This document shows positions 8,221 through 18,600 of a stretch of DNA of 26,657 bases, piece after piece; the stretch's first letter is position 1, and every line of letters starts with the position of its first letter. The translations under genes were made by a program, and so were the position numbers. The notes beneath the pieces were generated by a model that was given only the letters and a program-made list of their open reading frames with translations, made no database searches and was not told the origin of the DNA. Where the stretch lies: the NCBI GenBank assembly GCA_012910725.1, contig WNEG01000087.1, positions 13,917-40,573 of the forward strand, read 5' to 3'. This stretch comes from Candidatus Ethanoperedens thermophilum (GTDB lineage Archaea; Halobacteriota; Methanosarcinia; Methanosarcinales; EX4572-44).

Positions 8221-9543
8221 TTAACTATAATTTGCGCCGAAAGCTGCCTGTAGAATTATCAGCGCATCGAGTGACGTCACCTTATTATCGTCATTCATGT
8301 CAGCCCCTTCAACAGCAGGAATTGCCCCAACCGCCATCTGTAGTGCAATAACCGCATCATCTGCCGTGACTGCCCAGTCCAGATTGAGATCACCTTTTGG
8401 GATTGGATCAGAAAATGCATACAGGTAGCCGGAGTCTGAGCCGATGAAGAGGATGCCATCAGAAATCGCTGGCTGTGCCATGTTCCAGTTGCCAGTGTCA
8501 TAAGTCCATTTCAGATCGCCGGTCTCTGCATCGAAACCGTAGACTGTACCCTTGGCATAGTTTGCTGTGGTGTAAACTATGCCGTTTGCAACAACTGGCG
8601 ATGAGTCGCACTTTCCACCCAATGTCTGACTCCATATCTCGCTTCCATCGGTTGCATTAATGCAGTTAATCTTCTTGTCGTTGTCACCGATGTATATCTT
8701 ACCGTTTGATATCGCAGGCGATGAAATCGTACCCTTCAGACTCTGGCTCCAGACTTCGACCCCTGTCATATTAACAGCATAGATCCTGCTCCCTGTTGCA
8801 AAGTACACGATCCCATAATCGATTGCTGGAGTGGTCGACACCGTACCAGTTGTGCTGAAGTTCCAGAGTTCATTGTGTGTTTCGATATCCACACAGTAGA
8901 GCGCATGTCCCGCACCTCCAAAAAATATCTTTCTGTCATAAGCGGCTGGAGAGATGTAATATGCCACTGCTGGAGGATATTCCCCATAGCTTCCTGTTGT
9001 GATATTCCACAGTTCGTTTCCATCAAAATCAAATGCAAAAAATGCACCATTGGATACTGTGTTCACAAAGACCGTGTTCTCATAGATGAGCGGACACGAT
9101 GCGACACCCCAGAATGATGGTTTTGGCTCGATCGTTCTGTTCCAGATTGTAGTTCCATTCAATGCATTCACGCAGTACAGGTCGCCTGTGAGCGAGCCAA
9201 CAAAGAGATGATCTCCTGATATCGCTGGAGTTGAGACTCCACCGCTGCCACCGATTGAATTATTCCAGATGATTTCTCCTGTAGTCTCGTTTAAGCAGTA
9301 CAGTCCCAGTTTTCCTGACCCACCAACACGGTTCGCAACGTACACACGCACATTTGATATGCATGCACCACCCTCGACAAAACAGCCAAGTTCGGTCTCC
9401 CAGAACAGTGTGTCTGTAAGCGGTGCATATCCACTCACATTCCCTGTGCGCTCTGGGTTATGATGGAACTGTAACCAGTCTCCAGATGCTACAGATGTGG
9501 TAAGCGCAAGCAATAAAATTATCGTTAATATTTTTGTGTTCAT
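8221..9543 (-). CDS. Secreted PQQ-like beta-propeller protein with C-terminal dockerin-like domain
   Basis: Signal peptide, repeated SSP/STPA...G..YA.D..TG...W blades, duplicated GDLNLD..../ADMNDD..VTSLDAL repeats. Confidence 0.85.
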   Translation of the reverse strand: MNTKILTIILLLALTTSVASGDWLQFHHNPERTGNVSGYAPLTDTLFWETELGCFVEGGACISNVRVYVANRVGGSGKLGLYCLNETTGEIIWNNSIGGSGGVSTPAISGDHLFVGSLTGDLYCVNALNGTTIWNRTIEPKPSFWGVASCPLIYENTVFVNTVSNGAFFAFDFDGNELWNITTGSYGEYPPAVAYYISPAAYDRKIFFGGAGHALYCVDIETHNELWNFSTTGTVSTTPAIDYGIVYFATGSRIYAVNMTGVEVWSQSLKGTISSPAISNGKIYIGDNDKKINCINATDGSEIWSQTLGGKCDSSPVVANGIVYTTANYAKGTVYGFDAETGDLKWTYDTGNWNMAQPAISDGILFIGSDSGYLYAFSDPIPKGDLNLDWAVTADDAVIALQMAVGAIPAVEGADMNDDNKVTSLDALIILQAAFGANYS

Positions 9544-9635
9544 GTGTGCTGTGTCTTCATTGGTTTCATGTACTATATTATTTGGTATAACTTAAATATA
9601 TTTGTTGTGTCTGACTGAATATGTGGCTCTCTCTA

Positions 9636-9877
9636 TAATTCGAGTTGCAAGCACTTTTTCACTCTTCCGGAGGGTCTGGTCATGGTAAGGAAGATTAAAC
9701 CACAGAGAGCACAGAGGATCACAGAGAGTTGTTATTTTTATCTTTTGCTCCCTCCGTGTCACTCTGTGCCCTCTGTGGTTTTCCGAAACCTTATTTCAAG
9801 AAACTGCACAACTTCGTTGTACAGAAATAACATTTCAGATGCAGGAGACTGAGGTGCGTTTATACTTTCATATACGT
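9636..9877. repeat. About 150-bp dispersed element, copy 1 (with an 89-bp nested insertion)
   Basis: Aligns with 16289-16438 apart from the 89-bp insert and 3 extra nt; module A at 9804-9824. Confidence 0.9.
9702..9790. mobile_element. 89-bp MITE-like hairpin insertion
   Basis: Absent from the 16.3-kb copy; AAACC direct repeats (9697-9701, 9786-9790); 19-bp inverted repeat AACCACAGAG[A/G]GCACAGAG. Confidence 0.7.
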
Positions 9878-10028
9878 TCAAAAATATCAAAAAGTCTCCG
9901 GGGTTTTGGTCACTGCAAAAGCGATAGTACACGAAGACCCGAATATGTTCCTCCACCTGGATTCTGCCTGGCCAAAGGCAGGGATGCAAAAGATAAAATA
10001 CATAGCCAAATATTGACAGATAATATTT

Positions 10029-11729
10029 ATGACTTCGTTCCAGCCAATACTTGTAACCTGTGGTCTGCCTTATGCTAATGGCAAGTGTCATATCGGACAT
10101 CTCCGCACTTATGTACCTGCTGATATCTTTGTGCGATCCCTTCGCAAACAGGGTCAAGAGGTGGTGTTCGTGTGTGGTTCTGATGCACACGGGACGCCTG
10201 TTGTGGTGAATGCTGAAGAACAGGGCACAACTCCAGAAGAACTTGCGAAAAAATACCACGCACACTTTGATGAAATATTCAAAAAGATGGACGTGGAATT
10301 TGACTACTTTGGAAGCACAGATTCACAATCAAACCACAACAGAACTCTTTCAATAGTAAAAGCCCTTATCAAAGCTGGCTACGTGTATTCAATGAAGATT
10401 GACCTTGCTTACTGCCCCAAATGCAGCCGTTTTCTTCCAGATAGATACGTTGAAGGTATATGCCCCTATTGTGGTTCTCATGCTCGTGGTGATGAATGTG
10501 ACCAGGGCTGTGGTAAACACCTTGAACCTGGTGAGATAAAAAATGCTGTGTGCAAGGTTTGTGGAACTAAAGCGGAATACCGCAGTCAGGAGCACTTTTT
10601 CTTTAAGCTCTCCTCTTTCAAAGACTTCCTTCTTGACTATTTACCAAATCTTGGGGGCACCACCAATGCACGCAACTATGCTATTAAATGGGTGGACAAT
10701 GAACTCAGGGATTGGTGCATCACAAGGAACATGGAATGGGGCGTGGCTTTTCCAGATCACGAAGATCTTGTCGTGTACGTGTGGGTGGATGCCCCGATTG
10801 GATATATCTCGTTTACCGAGGAATGGGCAAAAAAGGAAGGTAAAAACTGGGAAGATGTGTGGTGTTCCGATTCGCGCATTATTCATTTCATCGGGCTTGA
10901 CATTGTATACCATCACTGCATCTTCTGGCCTGCAATGTTAAAAGGTGCAGGTTACACCCTCCCGTCCTCAATTGTCGCATCTGGAATGGTGAAGATTGAA
11001 GACCGAAAATTCTCAAAGAGTCGCGGCTATGTACTATGGGTTGATGAGGACTATTTTAGTCATGGCTTCCATCCAGACATCTTGCGATATTATCTTGCAA
11101 GCTACACTTCACACACCAAGGATCTTAATTTTTCATGGGAAATGTTTCAACAGAAAACTAACAGGGAATTGGCAGGCTCGTTTGGAAACTTCCTGTACCG
11201 TACATTATCATTTGCTTATAAAAATTTTGGGGAAGTTCCAGATGCACAAGTAAGTTCTGAAACGATGAACGAAATAAAGAGAGTCATTGGTGCAAATACG
11301 GCAAGTATTAATAATTATGAATTTAAGCAAGCAGCAGATCATGCCATGTTACTTGCTGATTTTGGCAACACGTATTTCCAGTCAAAGGAACCATGGAAAC
11401 TGATAAAAACAGACAGGAATAAATGTGCAGAAGTACTGAAAGATTCTCTACAGATCGCCAAGGCACTTATCATATTATTTGAGCCAGTTATGCCAGGTCT
11501 CATGGAAACTGCATGGAAACAATTGGGTTTTACAAATAATATTCATACTGTATTATATGAGGAAGCATTGATAGAGCTTGAAAGTGGCAAAAAACTGCCA
11601 AAACCAGAGATTATTATTAACAAAATTGAAAATAGCAAAATTGAGGAAATGGAAGCTATGTTAACTGAGAGAATTGGCATAACAGTAGAAAAAGAGACAA
11701 AAGCACAACAAACGAATGAAGCAGTGTGA
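10029..11729 (+). CDS. metG: Methionine--tRNA ligase (short form, no C-terminal OB-fold tRNA-binding domain)
   Basis: LPYANG..HIGH, two Zn knuckles, [15 protein letters not shown]. Confidence 0.96.
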   Translation: MTSFQPILVTCGLPYANGKCHIGHLRTYVPADIFVRSLRKQGQEVVFVCGSDAHGTPVVVNAEEQGTTPEELAKKYHAHFDEIFKKMDVEFDYFGSTDSQSNHNRTLSIVKALIKAGYVYSMKIDLAYCPKCSRFLPDRYVEGICPYCGSHARGDECDQGCGKHLEPGEIKNAVCKVCGTKAEYRSQEHFFFKLSSFKDFLLDYLPNLGGTTNARNYAIKWVDNELRDWCITRNMEWGVAFPDHEDLVVYVWVDAPIGYISFTEEWAKKEGKNWEDVWCSDSRIIHFIGLDIVYHHCIFWPAMLKGAGYTLPSSIVASGMVKIEDRKFSKSRGYVLWVDEDYFSHGFHPDILRYYLASYTSHTKDLNFSWEMFQQKTNRELAGSFGNFLYRTLSFAYKNFGEVPDAQVSSETMNEIKRVIGANTASINNYEFKQAADHAMLLADFGNTYFQSKEPWKLIKTDRNKCAEVLKDSLQIAKALIILFEPVMPGLMETAWKQLGFTNNIHTVLYEEALIELESGKKLPKPEIIINKIENSKIEEMEAMLTERIGITVEKETKAQQTNEAV

Positions 11730-11825
11730 TATCGCTGGCAGGGGTGTGGTGGATGTAATGATTGGTATGGCAAAGTCTTTTGAACCATATCATCATTGAA
11801 TTATAGTAGCAAAGGAGGGTATTCC

Positions 11826-13034
11826 ATGAACATCATCAAAAACGTAGAGATTGTGAATTATAAAGGCATCGAGAAGACGCAATTTTCATGCGGTTCTATA
11901 AATATCATAGTAGGTCCGAACAACACAGGAAAATCTTCCATTTTGGAATCAGTCTGGATGGCGGTCGCTTCTTTAAACGACTTTGAAGACAATCTTGAGA
12001 CCCGATTATCAGATATTATCGAAACTGAAAATATCAGACATTTGATACACCAGGGCAAACAGAAATCGACTATAGCATTAGAAATTTTTGAAAATGATAG
12101 GATAATACTGGATTTACTATATTCAAAAAAGAACTATCCTGAAGAAGTTGCTGAGTTTTTTTTAACTTTTATAAATAAAACTCCAAAATTTGATGAGTTT
12201 GAAACTGATTTCCACATGAGCCTATTGGAATTACAGGTTCTTGGAATTAAATTAGATAGGCTATCTGGAAAAGCGGGATTAAAAGAGGAGTTGGATAAGT
12301 TGCTGAAAAGAGTCTCCGAAAACATTGAATCCGTTATCGAAGACTATAGGAGCAGGTTAATCAAATCAGAAAAGGTATTCCTAACCTCAAAAATAAACAA
12401 CAACTTAATCAGCATACGTGCAGTAATGGATGGCTATGCTGATGGAATTTCCATCTTCAACGAAGAGAGCCCCTCCATCCAAAAGATTCCTCTAATTATC
12501 AGTTCCCCTCACATTGATGAGGATGTATCTGAAATTTATAAAAAATTAGTAAATACAAAAAAACTGGCAGAGGTGCTTGAAATCCTGAAAAATAAAATAC
12601 CATATTTTGAAGATATTAGAGAGGTAGATGGTGACTTGCTTGTTTTGCTTGAAAATCTGGATGAACCGTTACCGTTGTCTTTCATGGGAGACGGTTTCAA
12701 AGCTCTTTTAAAGCTATCCTTCATGGCACCTCTGATTAAAAACGGAATCGCCCTCTTTGAAGAGCCCGAAACATCAATGCATCCAGGATATCTTAATATT
12801 TTGGCAAAAGAGATCTTATTAAGCTCTGAATATTCTCAAATTTTTATATCCACTCACAGTTTGGAACTGATAGAGTATCTGCTGGAAAAGGCTGAGAAAT
12901 CTGGCAAGATCGAATCTATAAAGATTTTAAAACTGCGCAGGTTAACAGAAGGCTACATAGAAAGAGAAATCTTCTCAGGAAAAGAGGCGGCTGAAGAGAT
13001 TGAAGTGATTAAAACCGACCTCAGGGGGTTCTAA
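11826..13034 (+). CDS. ABC-type ATPase (AAA_15/AAA_21-like; OLD/PARIS-type)
   Basis: Walker A GPNNTGKS, signature-like SFMGDG, Walker B LFEEPE..HP, H-loop ISTHS. Start set at the ATG at 11826 after GGAGGG. Confidence 0.88.
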   Translation: MNIIKNVEIVNYKGIEKTQFSCGSINIIVGPNNTGKSSILESVWMAVASLNDFEDNLETRLSDIIETENIRHLIHQGKQKSTIALEIFENDRIILDLLYSKKNYPEEVAEFFLTFINKTPKFDEFETDFHMSLLELQVLGIKLDRLSGKAGLKEELDKLLKRVSENIESVIEDYRSRLIKSEKVFLTSKINNNLISIRAVMDGYADGISIFNEESPSIQKIPLIISSPHIDEDVSEIYKKLVNTKKLAEVLEILKNKIPYFEDIREVDGDLLVLLENLDEPLPLSFMGDGFKALLKLSFMAPLIKNGIALFEEPETSMHPGYLNILAKEILLSSEYSQIFISTHSLELIEYLLEKAEKSGKIESIKILKLRRLTEGYIEREIFSGKEAAEEIEVIKTDLRGF

Positions 13035-13035
13035 T

Positions 13036-13710
13036 CTGAATATAATCCTGTGCGAAGGAAAAAACGATGCGTGGTTCTTTGATGAAATCATAAAAGAACA
13101 TCTGGGCGATCATATACACCCTATACCAGATGGAGACATAAATAAACTCATGCGGTTACTGGAAATGAATTGTTTTAATTATATAAAAACTCAATATACC
13201 CTTATCATATTTGGAGATACTGGCAAACCGACAATTATTGAGAAGGTTCTTAGCAGAGTCATAGTTGATACGCTTGGGAAAGTCGCGGATGACATATGTA
13301 TAACAGTTATTCTTGACGACGACGGTATGGGATATTCCGAGCTGAAAAAAGTTATTTCAGACAAATTGAGATCCATTTCAAAGGATAAATCGAAATTCAC
13401 CAGCAATCAGTTTCCTACCCTTGAAGAACACAATGATTCGTTCATCCTGATTCCTCTGAAAGGCAGGGGAAATGTTGAAATACGGCTTTCAACCGTTCCT
13501 GAAAGTTTGGAAAAACAAGTTGCAAAAAAATGCATTGAGGTCAAATATCCTAAAAATCTTAAAATATTAGAGAGAGGACCACATTACGCTCTTGATTTTT
13601 TAGCAATGGAATATTACGATGGTAATAAGGAAAAACTGATCAGAGAAACGTCTGCACTGCTTAAAGATGAAGTATGGGTCACAGATGTCGTAGAACGCGC
13701 AACATCGTAA
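13036..13710 (+). CDS. TOPRIM-like protein partner of the ATPase; probable CTG start
   Basis: Open frame from CTG at 13036 gives (M)NIILCEGKND and a later ILDDDG (DxD); in frame with track ORF 13150-13710. Confidence 0.65.
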   Translation: MNIILCEGKNDAWFFDEIIKEHLGDHIHPIPDGDINKLMRLLEMNCFNYIKTQYTLIIFGDTGKPTIIEKVLSRVIVDTLGKVADDICITVILDDDGMGYSELKKVISDKLRSISKDKSKFTSNQFPTLEEHNDSFILIPLKGRGNVEIRLSTVPESLEKQVAKKCIEVKYPKNLKILERGPHYALDFLAMEYYDGNKEKLIRETSALLKDEVWVTDVVERATS

Positions 13711-13850
13711 TGGCATCCCGAAGTAAAGACTATTGTTGATATGTTTTTAGAAAAAAATCGAGCACAACAAAATAATAACTTTTTTAAGTTATGAAATAAA
13801 ATGATGACCAGTTTGTGGGTGTGAGTCTGATGCCAGCTCCCCCACAAACA

Positions 13851-13858
13851 TTTTATAT
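13851..13858 (+). promoter_or_regulatory. Putative TATA box for the mdh-fumarase operon
   Basis: TTTTATAT about 27 nt upstream of the mdh ATG. Confidence 0.4.
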
Positions 13859-13884
13859 TTTTATAACTCCAAGAGGTTTGTTAA

Positions 13885-14814
13885 ATGGTTAAGATTTCTG
13901 TTATTGGTGCTGGGATGGTTGGTGCTACTGCCGTGCAGCGTTTGGCTGAATTTGAGCTTGGCGATATTGCGATGATTGATGTTGTCGAAGGCTTACCGCA
14001 GGGTAAGGCACTGGACATGCTTGAATCTGCATCGTTGTGTAATTTTGATGTGGATGTGCTCGGTTCGAATGATTACAGTGATATCGAAGGCTCTGATGTG
14101 GTTGTGGTGACTGCTGGAGTTGCCAGAAAACCTGACATGACTCGCGAGGACCTCATTGGTATCAACTCTAATATTCTAAAGGACGTGTGCTTGCATGTTG
14201 TTGAACATGCATATAAAGCGGTGTTGCTGATTGTTACAAACCCGCTTGACATTATGACTTATGCAGCGTTGAAGTACACTGGTTTTGAGCATCAGCGGGT
14301 GCTTGGGATGAGTGGTGTACTTGACTCTGCTCGTTTTTCTTATTTTGTTGCAGCAGAACTCAATTGTTCAGTGCGTGATGTTCATGCGATGGTTCTCGGC
14401 GGTCATGGCGATACGATGGTACCGCTGCCAGAATATACAACGGTTTCAGGTATTCCAATTACACAATTGTTGCCAAAAGATGCTATAGAACGTCTCGTTT
14501 CTCGAACAGTAAACGGTGGTGTTGAGATTGTGAACCTGTTAAAAACAGGCAGTGCTTTTTATGCACCGGCAGCTTCTATTGTCAGGATGGTGGAATCCAT
14601 TGTACGTGATACAAGGAGAATCCTTCCCGCATGCGCATATCTTACTGGCGAATACTGTCAGAAAGATGTGTATCTTGGCGTTCCTGTGAAACTTGGGAGA
14701 GGGGGCGTACTTGAAGTAATAGAGCTTGAACTGGAGGATGAAGCAAAAGCTGCCCTCGCACAGTCGGCTGATTCCGTGCGGGACGGTATGAAAAAATTAA
14801 ATCTATGTCTATAA
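13885..14814 (+). CDS. mdh: Malate dehydrogenase (LDH-like)
   Basis: GAGMVG, GKALD, TAGVARK..MTREDL, VTNPLD, LDSARF, GGHGD. Confidence 0.93.
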   Translation: MVKISVIGAGMVGATAVQRLAEFELGDIAMIDVVEGLPQGKALDMLESASLCNFDVDVLGSNDYSDIEGSDVVVVTAGVARKPDMTREDLIGINSNILKDVCLHVVEHAYKAVLLIVTNPLDIMTYAALKYTGFEHQRVLGMSGVLDSARFSYFVAAELNCSVRDVHAMVLGGHGDTMVPLPEYTTVSGIPITQLLPKDAIERLVSRTVNGGVEIVNLLKTGSAFYAPAASIVRMVESIVRDTRRILPACAYLTGEYCQKDVYLGVPVKLGRGGVLEVIELELEDEAKAALAQSADSVRDGMKKLNLCL

Positions 14815-15632
14815 TTTCTCGCGACTTTTTTGTAACAAATATAATAGAGTTGATCATCCAGTCTGAGACAATTCTGCCAGTGGACACAGTGATCGCACTG
14901 GAAAATGCATGGCAGAAGGAGTCAAACACGATAGCAAAGTCACAACTTGCTGCAATACTGAAGAACATAAAAATTGCAAGAGAAAAAAAATATCCTCTCT
15001 GCCAGGACACCGGGATTTTCATATTTAATGTTACAATTGGCAAAAATATTGTTATTAATTTCAATATCAACGATGCCATCTGTGAAGCGCTTCGCTCTGC
15101 AACAGAAACACTACCGCTCAGACCAAATGTGGTACACCCCCTGACAAGAGAGAATTCACTGGACAACACTGGAGATGGACTGCCTGATATTACGTTTAAT
15201 CTCACGGAAGGTAGTGATTTTGAGGTTTACGTGTATCCCAAGGGTGCTGGTTCAGAAAACATGAGCCGCCTTGCTATGCTCAAGCCGTCGCAAAATAGGG
15301 AGATTAAAAGATTCGTCGTTGAAACCGTGTTTACTGCGGGTGGCATGCCATGCCCACCAATAATTGTTGGTGTTGGAATTGGTGGTTCCTTTGACCTTGC
15401 GGCACGTCTTTCCAAGAAAGCAGCACTAAGACCACTTGATGGAATGAATGATTTTGAGCAGGAACTCTGTGACGCTGTGAACACTCTTGGGATCGGGGCG
15501 ATGGGGCTTGGTGGCGACACTACTGCCCTTGCAGTGCATGTGAACACAGCACACTGTCATACAGCATCACTTCCTGTTGCAGTAAATATTCAATGCTGGG
15601 CAAATCGACGAGCATATAAGAAGTTTATATGA
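14805..15632 (+). CDS. Fe-S hydro-lyase (class I fumarate hydratase) alpha subunit
   Basis: [49 protein letters not shown]. Confidence 0.9.
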   Translation: MSIISRDFFVTNIIELIIQSETILPVDTVIALENAWQKESNTIAKSQLAAILKNIKIAREKKYPLCQDTGIFIFNVTIGKNIVINFNINDAICEALRSATETLPLRPNVVHPLTRENSLDNTGDGLPDITFNLTEGSDFEVYVYPKGAGSENMSRLAMLKPSQNREIKRFVVETVFTAGGMPCPPIIVGVGIGGSFDLAARLSKKAALRPLDGMNDFEQELCDAVNTLGIGAMGLGGDTTALAVHVNTAHCHTASLPVAVNIQCWANRRAYKKFI

Positions 15633-15644
15633 GGGAATGATTGA

Positions 15645-16238
15645 ATGGAACACCGATTAACCACCCCACTTACAAAAGAAGCAATTCTGAAATTAAAAGC
15701 AGGAGATATTTTATATCTCACAGGAAGAGTGTTTACCGCGCGGGATGAAGCACACAAGCACATCCTGAACGCACTTTCACATCACAGGAAGCTGCCTTTT
15801 GACCCTACTGGTGCTGTGATCTATCACTGCGGGCCGCTCTTAAAAAAGACTGAAAACAGCTGGCAGGTGGTGTCAGCCGGACCAACGACCAGTGAAAGAA
15901 TGACACAGATGACACCCGCACTGATGGACAATACCGGGATTCGTGCCATAATCGGAAAAGGCGGAATGAAAGGAGTTGCACCACTATTCAGAGGAAGGTG
16001 CGTATACCTTGCCTACACTGGTGGCTGCGCTGTTCTTGCAGCAGAAGGAATATCAAGAGTGATTAATGTTTACTGGCAAAATCTTGGCATGGCTGAAGCC
16101 GTGTGGGAATTCGAAGTAAGGGACTTCGGACCGCTCATCGTTGGCATCGATTCCTATGGGGTGGATTTGTATGAAAAGGTGCTTGAAAAAGCATCTGAAT
16201 CATTAAAGGCTATTGTAACGGCATCCGACTCTACATAG
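15645..16238 (+). CDS. Fe-S hydro-lyase (class I fumarate hydratase) beta subunit
   Basis: TARDEAH, YHCGP, AGPTTS.RM, IGKGGM, GGCAVL. Confidence 0.9.
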   Translation: MEHRLTTPLTKEAILKLKAGDILYLTGRVFTARDEAHKHILNALSHHRKLPFDPTGAVIYHCGPLLKKTENSWQVVSAGPTTSERMTQMTPALMDNTGIRAIIGKGGMKGVAPLFRGRCVYLAYTGGCAVLAAEGISRVINVYWQNLGMAEAVWEFEVRDFGPLIVGIDSYGVDLYEKVLEKASESLKAIVTASDST

Positions 16239-16288
16239 ATCGCGCTACCTGTTTTATACTACCGCCGCGAAAATTTAAGGCTTTCTGG

Positions 16289-16438
16289 TAATTCGAGTTA
16301 CAAGCACTTTTTCACTCTTCCGGATCTGGTCATGGTAAGGAAGATTAAACCTTATTTCAAGAAACTGCACAACTTCGTTGTACAGAAATAACATTTCAGT
16401 AGCAAGAGAACGAGGTGCGTTTATAATTTCATATACGT
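16289..16438. repeat. About 150-bp dispersed element, copy 2 (uninterrupted)
   Basis: TAATTCGAGTT...GGTCATGGTAAGGAAGATTAAAC CTTATTTCAAGAAA-module A (16365-16385)-AAATAACATTTCAG...TTTCATATACGT. Confidence 0.9.
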
Positions 16439-16703
16439 CGAGAAAATGCCACGATGAACGCAGTCGGTCGGCGCCGGGTCCCACATGGGCAAGGTGTTTT
16501 GTGACCTTGGGTTGAAAGACGTGATGTGGGTGAAGAGTGAAGATAAATGTGCGGTGATTGAAGTTCGTCCGCAAGAACATAACATAGAAATCCCGGTTCG
16601 GACATAACACCAGATAGGCAGGATATGTAAACTCGGGTTCGGATATAGAGCGCATGGGCGATTGCGACATTAGTTTAATAAACATAAACGGAATATGTGG
16701 TAA

Positions 16704-16979
16704 ATGATGACAGTTCGGTTCATTCTCACTGATTACGTAAGCCAGCTATTGGCGCATGCAGTCTACGACAAATTGGATGATGGCACTTATGCCGGACGAA
16801 TTCCAGAATGCAGAGGAGTAGTAGCATTTGGAGCAACCCTACGTGAATGTGAAGATGAACTCCACTCAACCCTCGAAGATTGGATCCTGGTTGGTCTCAA
16901 GCTGGGACATCCTTTACCTATGATTGCTGAAATTAATCTTAACAAGGATATGGCTTATGAGCCCATGGAAGCCCTGTAA
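16704..16979 (+). CDS. HicB-family antitoxin
   Basis: DGTYAGRIPECRGVVAFGATL.EC...L...LEDWI pattern. Confidence 0.8.
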   Translation: MMTVRFILTDYVSQLLAHAVYDKLDDGTYAGRIPECRGVVAFGATLRECEDELHSTLEDWILVGLKLGHPLPMIAEINLNKDMAYEPMEAL

Positions 16980-17187
16980 ACGCCGAGATTTTATCCAGAG
17001 GCTGCGGAAGTTGGGTTTTGATGGACCTTATTCTGGTACACGTCATCAATTTATGATCCATGGGCAGAACCGTATAGCGATCCCTTCCAATGCTGAATAT
17101 TCCGTGCCTCAGCTCCGGATGATGATTCGTGAGGTTGAAGGAATCTTGAATTGTGGTATTACAGTGAATGAGTGGAACAAATTGTGA
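16957..17187 (+). CDS. HicA-family toxin
   Basis: LRKLGF.GPYSGTRHQFM...IAIP motif with the conserved His; start set at the ATG at 16957. Confidence 0.8.
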   Translation: MSPWKPCKRRDFIQRLRKLGFDGPYSGTRHQFMIHGQNRIAIPSNAEYSVPQLRMMIREVEGILNCGITVNEWNKL

Positions 17188-17397
17188 TAGCTAACGTCGC
17201 CCAACATTGTGTACGCGATTCGCACCTCTCGGCGCTCTTCCAACCAATCTTTCTCATCCAAAATCAAATGTAGGTTTTATGTGGTAAAAGTGTATACCTG
17301 TGCTAAAAAAATTATAAAAAAACAGATATCGTTCAGCACATAAGCAAATGCCAACTGGAATGTCTCGGAATTATTCCGATGGTTGAGTGATTGAGAC

Positions 17398-18348
17398 TTA
17401 TAGATTTTTGATTTCGTAAGATTTCAGTATTACCTCGTCATTTAAGTAGCCTGTATGGTATGTTTTTCCTGTTTCAAGGTCATTTACTGTTACTTCTGCA
17501 GGGGCAAAGATGTCTACATCAATCTTATAGAAATCATAATCTGCTTCTTTAAATATTTCGTAGAGCGGTTTACCATAACTGCTTGATGCACTGGAAGTAA
17601 CCTTTTTGAACACACCTTCGTCAAAACCTTTGAGGGTCAGGTTGACAGAACCATAATATATTACACTATCATTTGTTGAACCCATTGCTTTTGTGTTATC
17701 ACTCAGTACTGGTGCAATTGGTGCTACCCCTGCCCCACAGACAATATTATTCGTATCATATCCAAGTTCATTCAACTTATGGACACCAGCTTCTACCACC
17801 CTGCCAGAGACCTGCACAGAACCTACAATCGAAGCAGTTGGAGCTACAATTGCCACAACATTTTCAACATCAATTCCACATTCCCTGGCAATAAATTCCA
17901 TCACCTTTTCATCAGGAAGCTCATTTGATTCAAGAGCAATGACAGCACCGTTAAATTTGTCCTTGTAACCTATGCGTTTATAGATTTTCTTGGGCTTTAA
18001 TGATAATGCACGTGCTGGGCCCGAGCCCATCGCAACATACTTACCCACATTGATCTGCCAGCCAGCCATCTGCGAGGCAAGACACGAAATAGATGGATGA
18101 TCTGTAGTGACGTCGATAAAAGATAGTGCAACATCTCCAAGTTTATGAACACTGATATTGCTTGTGCCAAGACCGCCCATGCACACATCAGTAAACATCA
18201 AACCAGCTTCATAACTTCCAGTGACATTGATGCCACAATCGATGACAGTTGCCTTATTTTTAAGCTTTATCTCTTCTACTTTGAGTTCTTCTGCCCAGTC
18301 TATCATTACTTCAGTAATTTCTAATGCTCTTTCATTTACGCTCAACAT
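17398..18348 (-). CDS. mch: Methenyltetrahydromethanopterin cyclohydrolase
   Basis: [51 protein letters not shown]. Confidence 0.95.
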   Translation of the reverse strand: MLSVNERALEITEVMIDWAEELKVEEIKLKNKATVIDCGINVTGSYEAGLMFTDVCMGGLGTSNISVHKLGDVALSFIDVTTDHPSISCLASQMAGWQINVGKYVAMGSGPARALSLKPKKIYKRIGYKDKFNGAVIALESNELPDEKVMEFIARECGIDVENVVAIVAPTASIVGSVQVSGRVVEAGVHKLNELGYDTNNIVCGAGVAPIAPVLSDNTKAMGSTNDSVIYYGSVNLTLKGFDEGVFKKVTSSASSSYGKPLYEIFKEADYDFYKIDVDIFAPAEVTVNDLETGKTYHTGYLNDEVILKSYEIKNL

Positions 18349-18380
18349 TGGAATCGCCAGAAGGTAAATAACAAAATCAA

Positions 18381-18395
18381 CATATAAGGCTTTTG
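18381..18395 (-). promoter_or_regulatory. Putative BRE/TATA box for mch
   Basis: CAAAAGC-CTTATATG about 33 nt upstream of the ATG. Confidence 0.5.
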
Positions 18396-18445
18396 GGTTT
18401 TGAGCCGAGAACTCACAAATAATGATTTACCCGGAACTGTATCAT

Positions 18446-18600
18446 TTTCAAGAAACTGCACAACTTCGTTGTACAGAAAACAACCAGTAACTCTCGATTG
18501 CACGAGCACTGCACAACTTCGTTGTACAGAAATAACATTCCAGATGCAGGAGAACGATGTGCGTTTGTACTTTCCTATACGTTAAGAAACTGCACACAAC
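18446..18600. repeat. Partial copy 3 of the dispersed element with duplicated hairpin
   Basis: Module A at 18456-18476 and 18509-18529, shared tail ending 18582, then a restart AAGAAACTGCAC. Confidence 0.88.

Noticed and set aside
14642-15205. Other antisense or nested track ORFs within housekeeping genes (e.g. 5627-6217, 10543-10941, 1298-1690)
   Set aside because: They overlap well-supported genes and have no SD, motifs or domain signal.
16575-17215. attC/integron-like motifs around hicBA (ACATAAC..GGTTCGG twice; GCTAAC and GCCCAAC after hicA)
   Set aside because: I could not find complementary R''/R' and L''/L' pairs forming a full attC, and there is no integrase; an IntegronFinder run would settle it.
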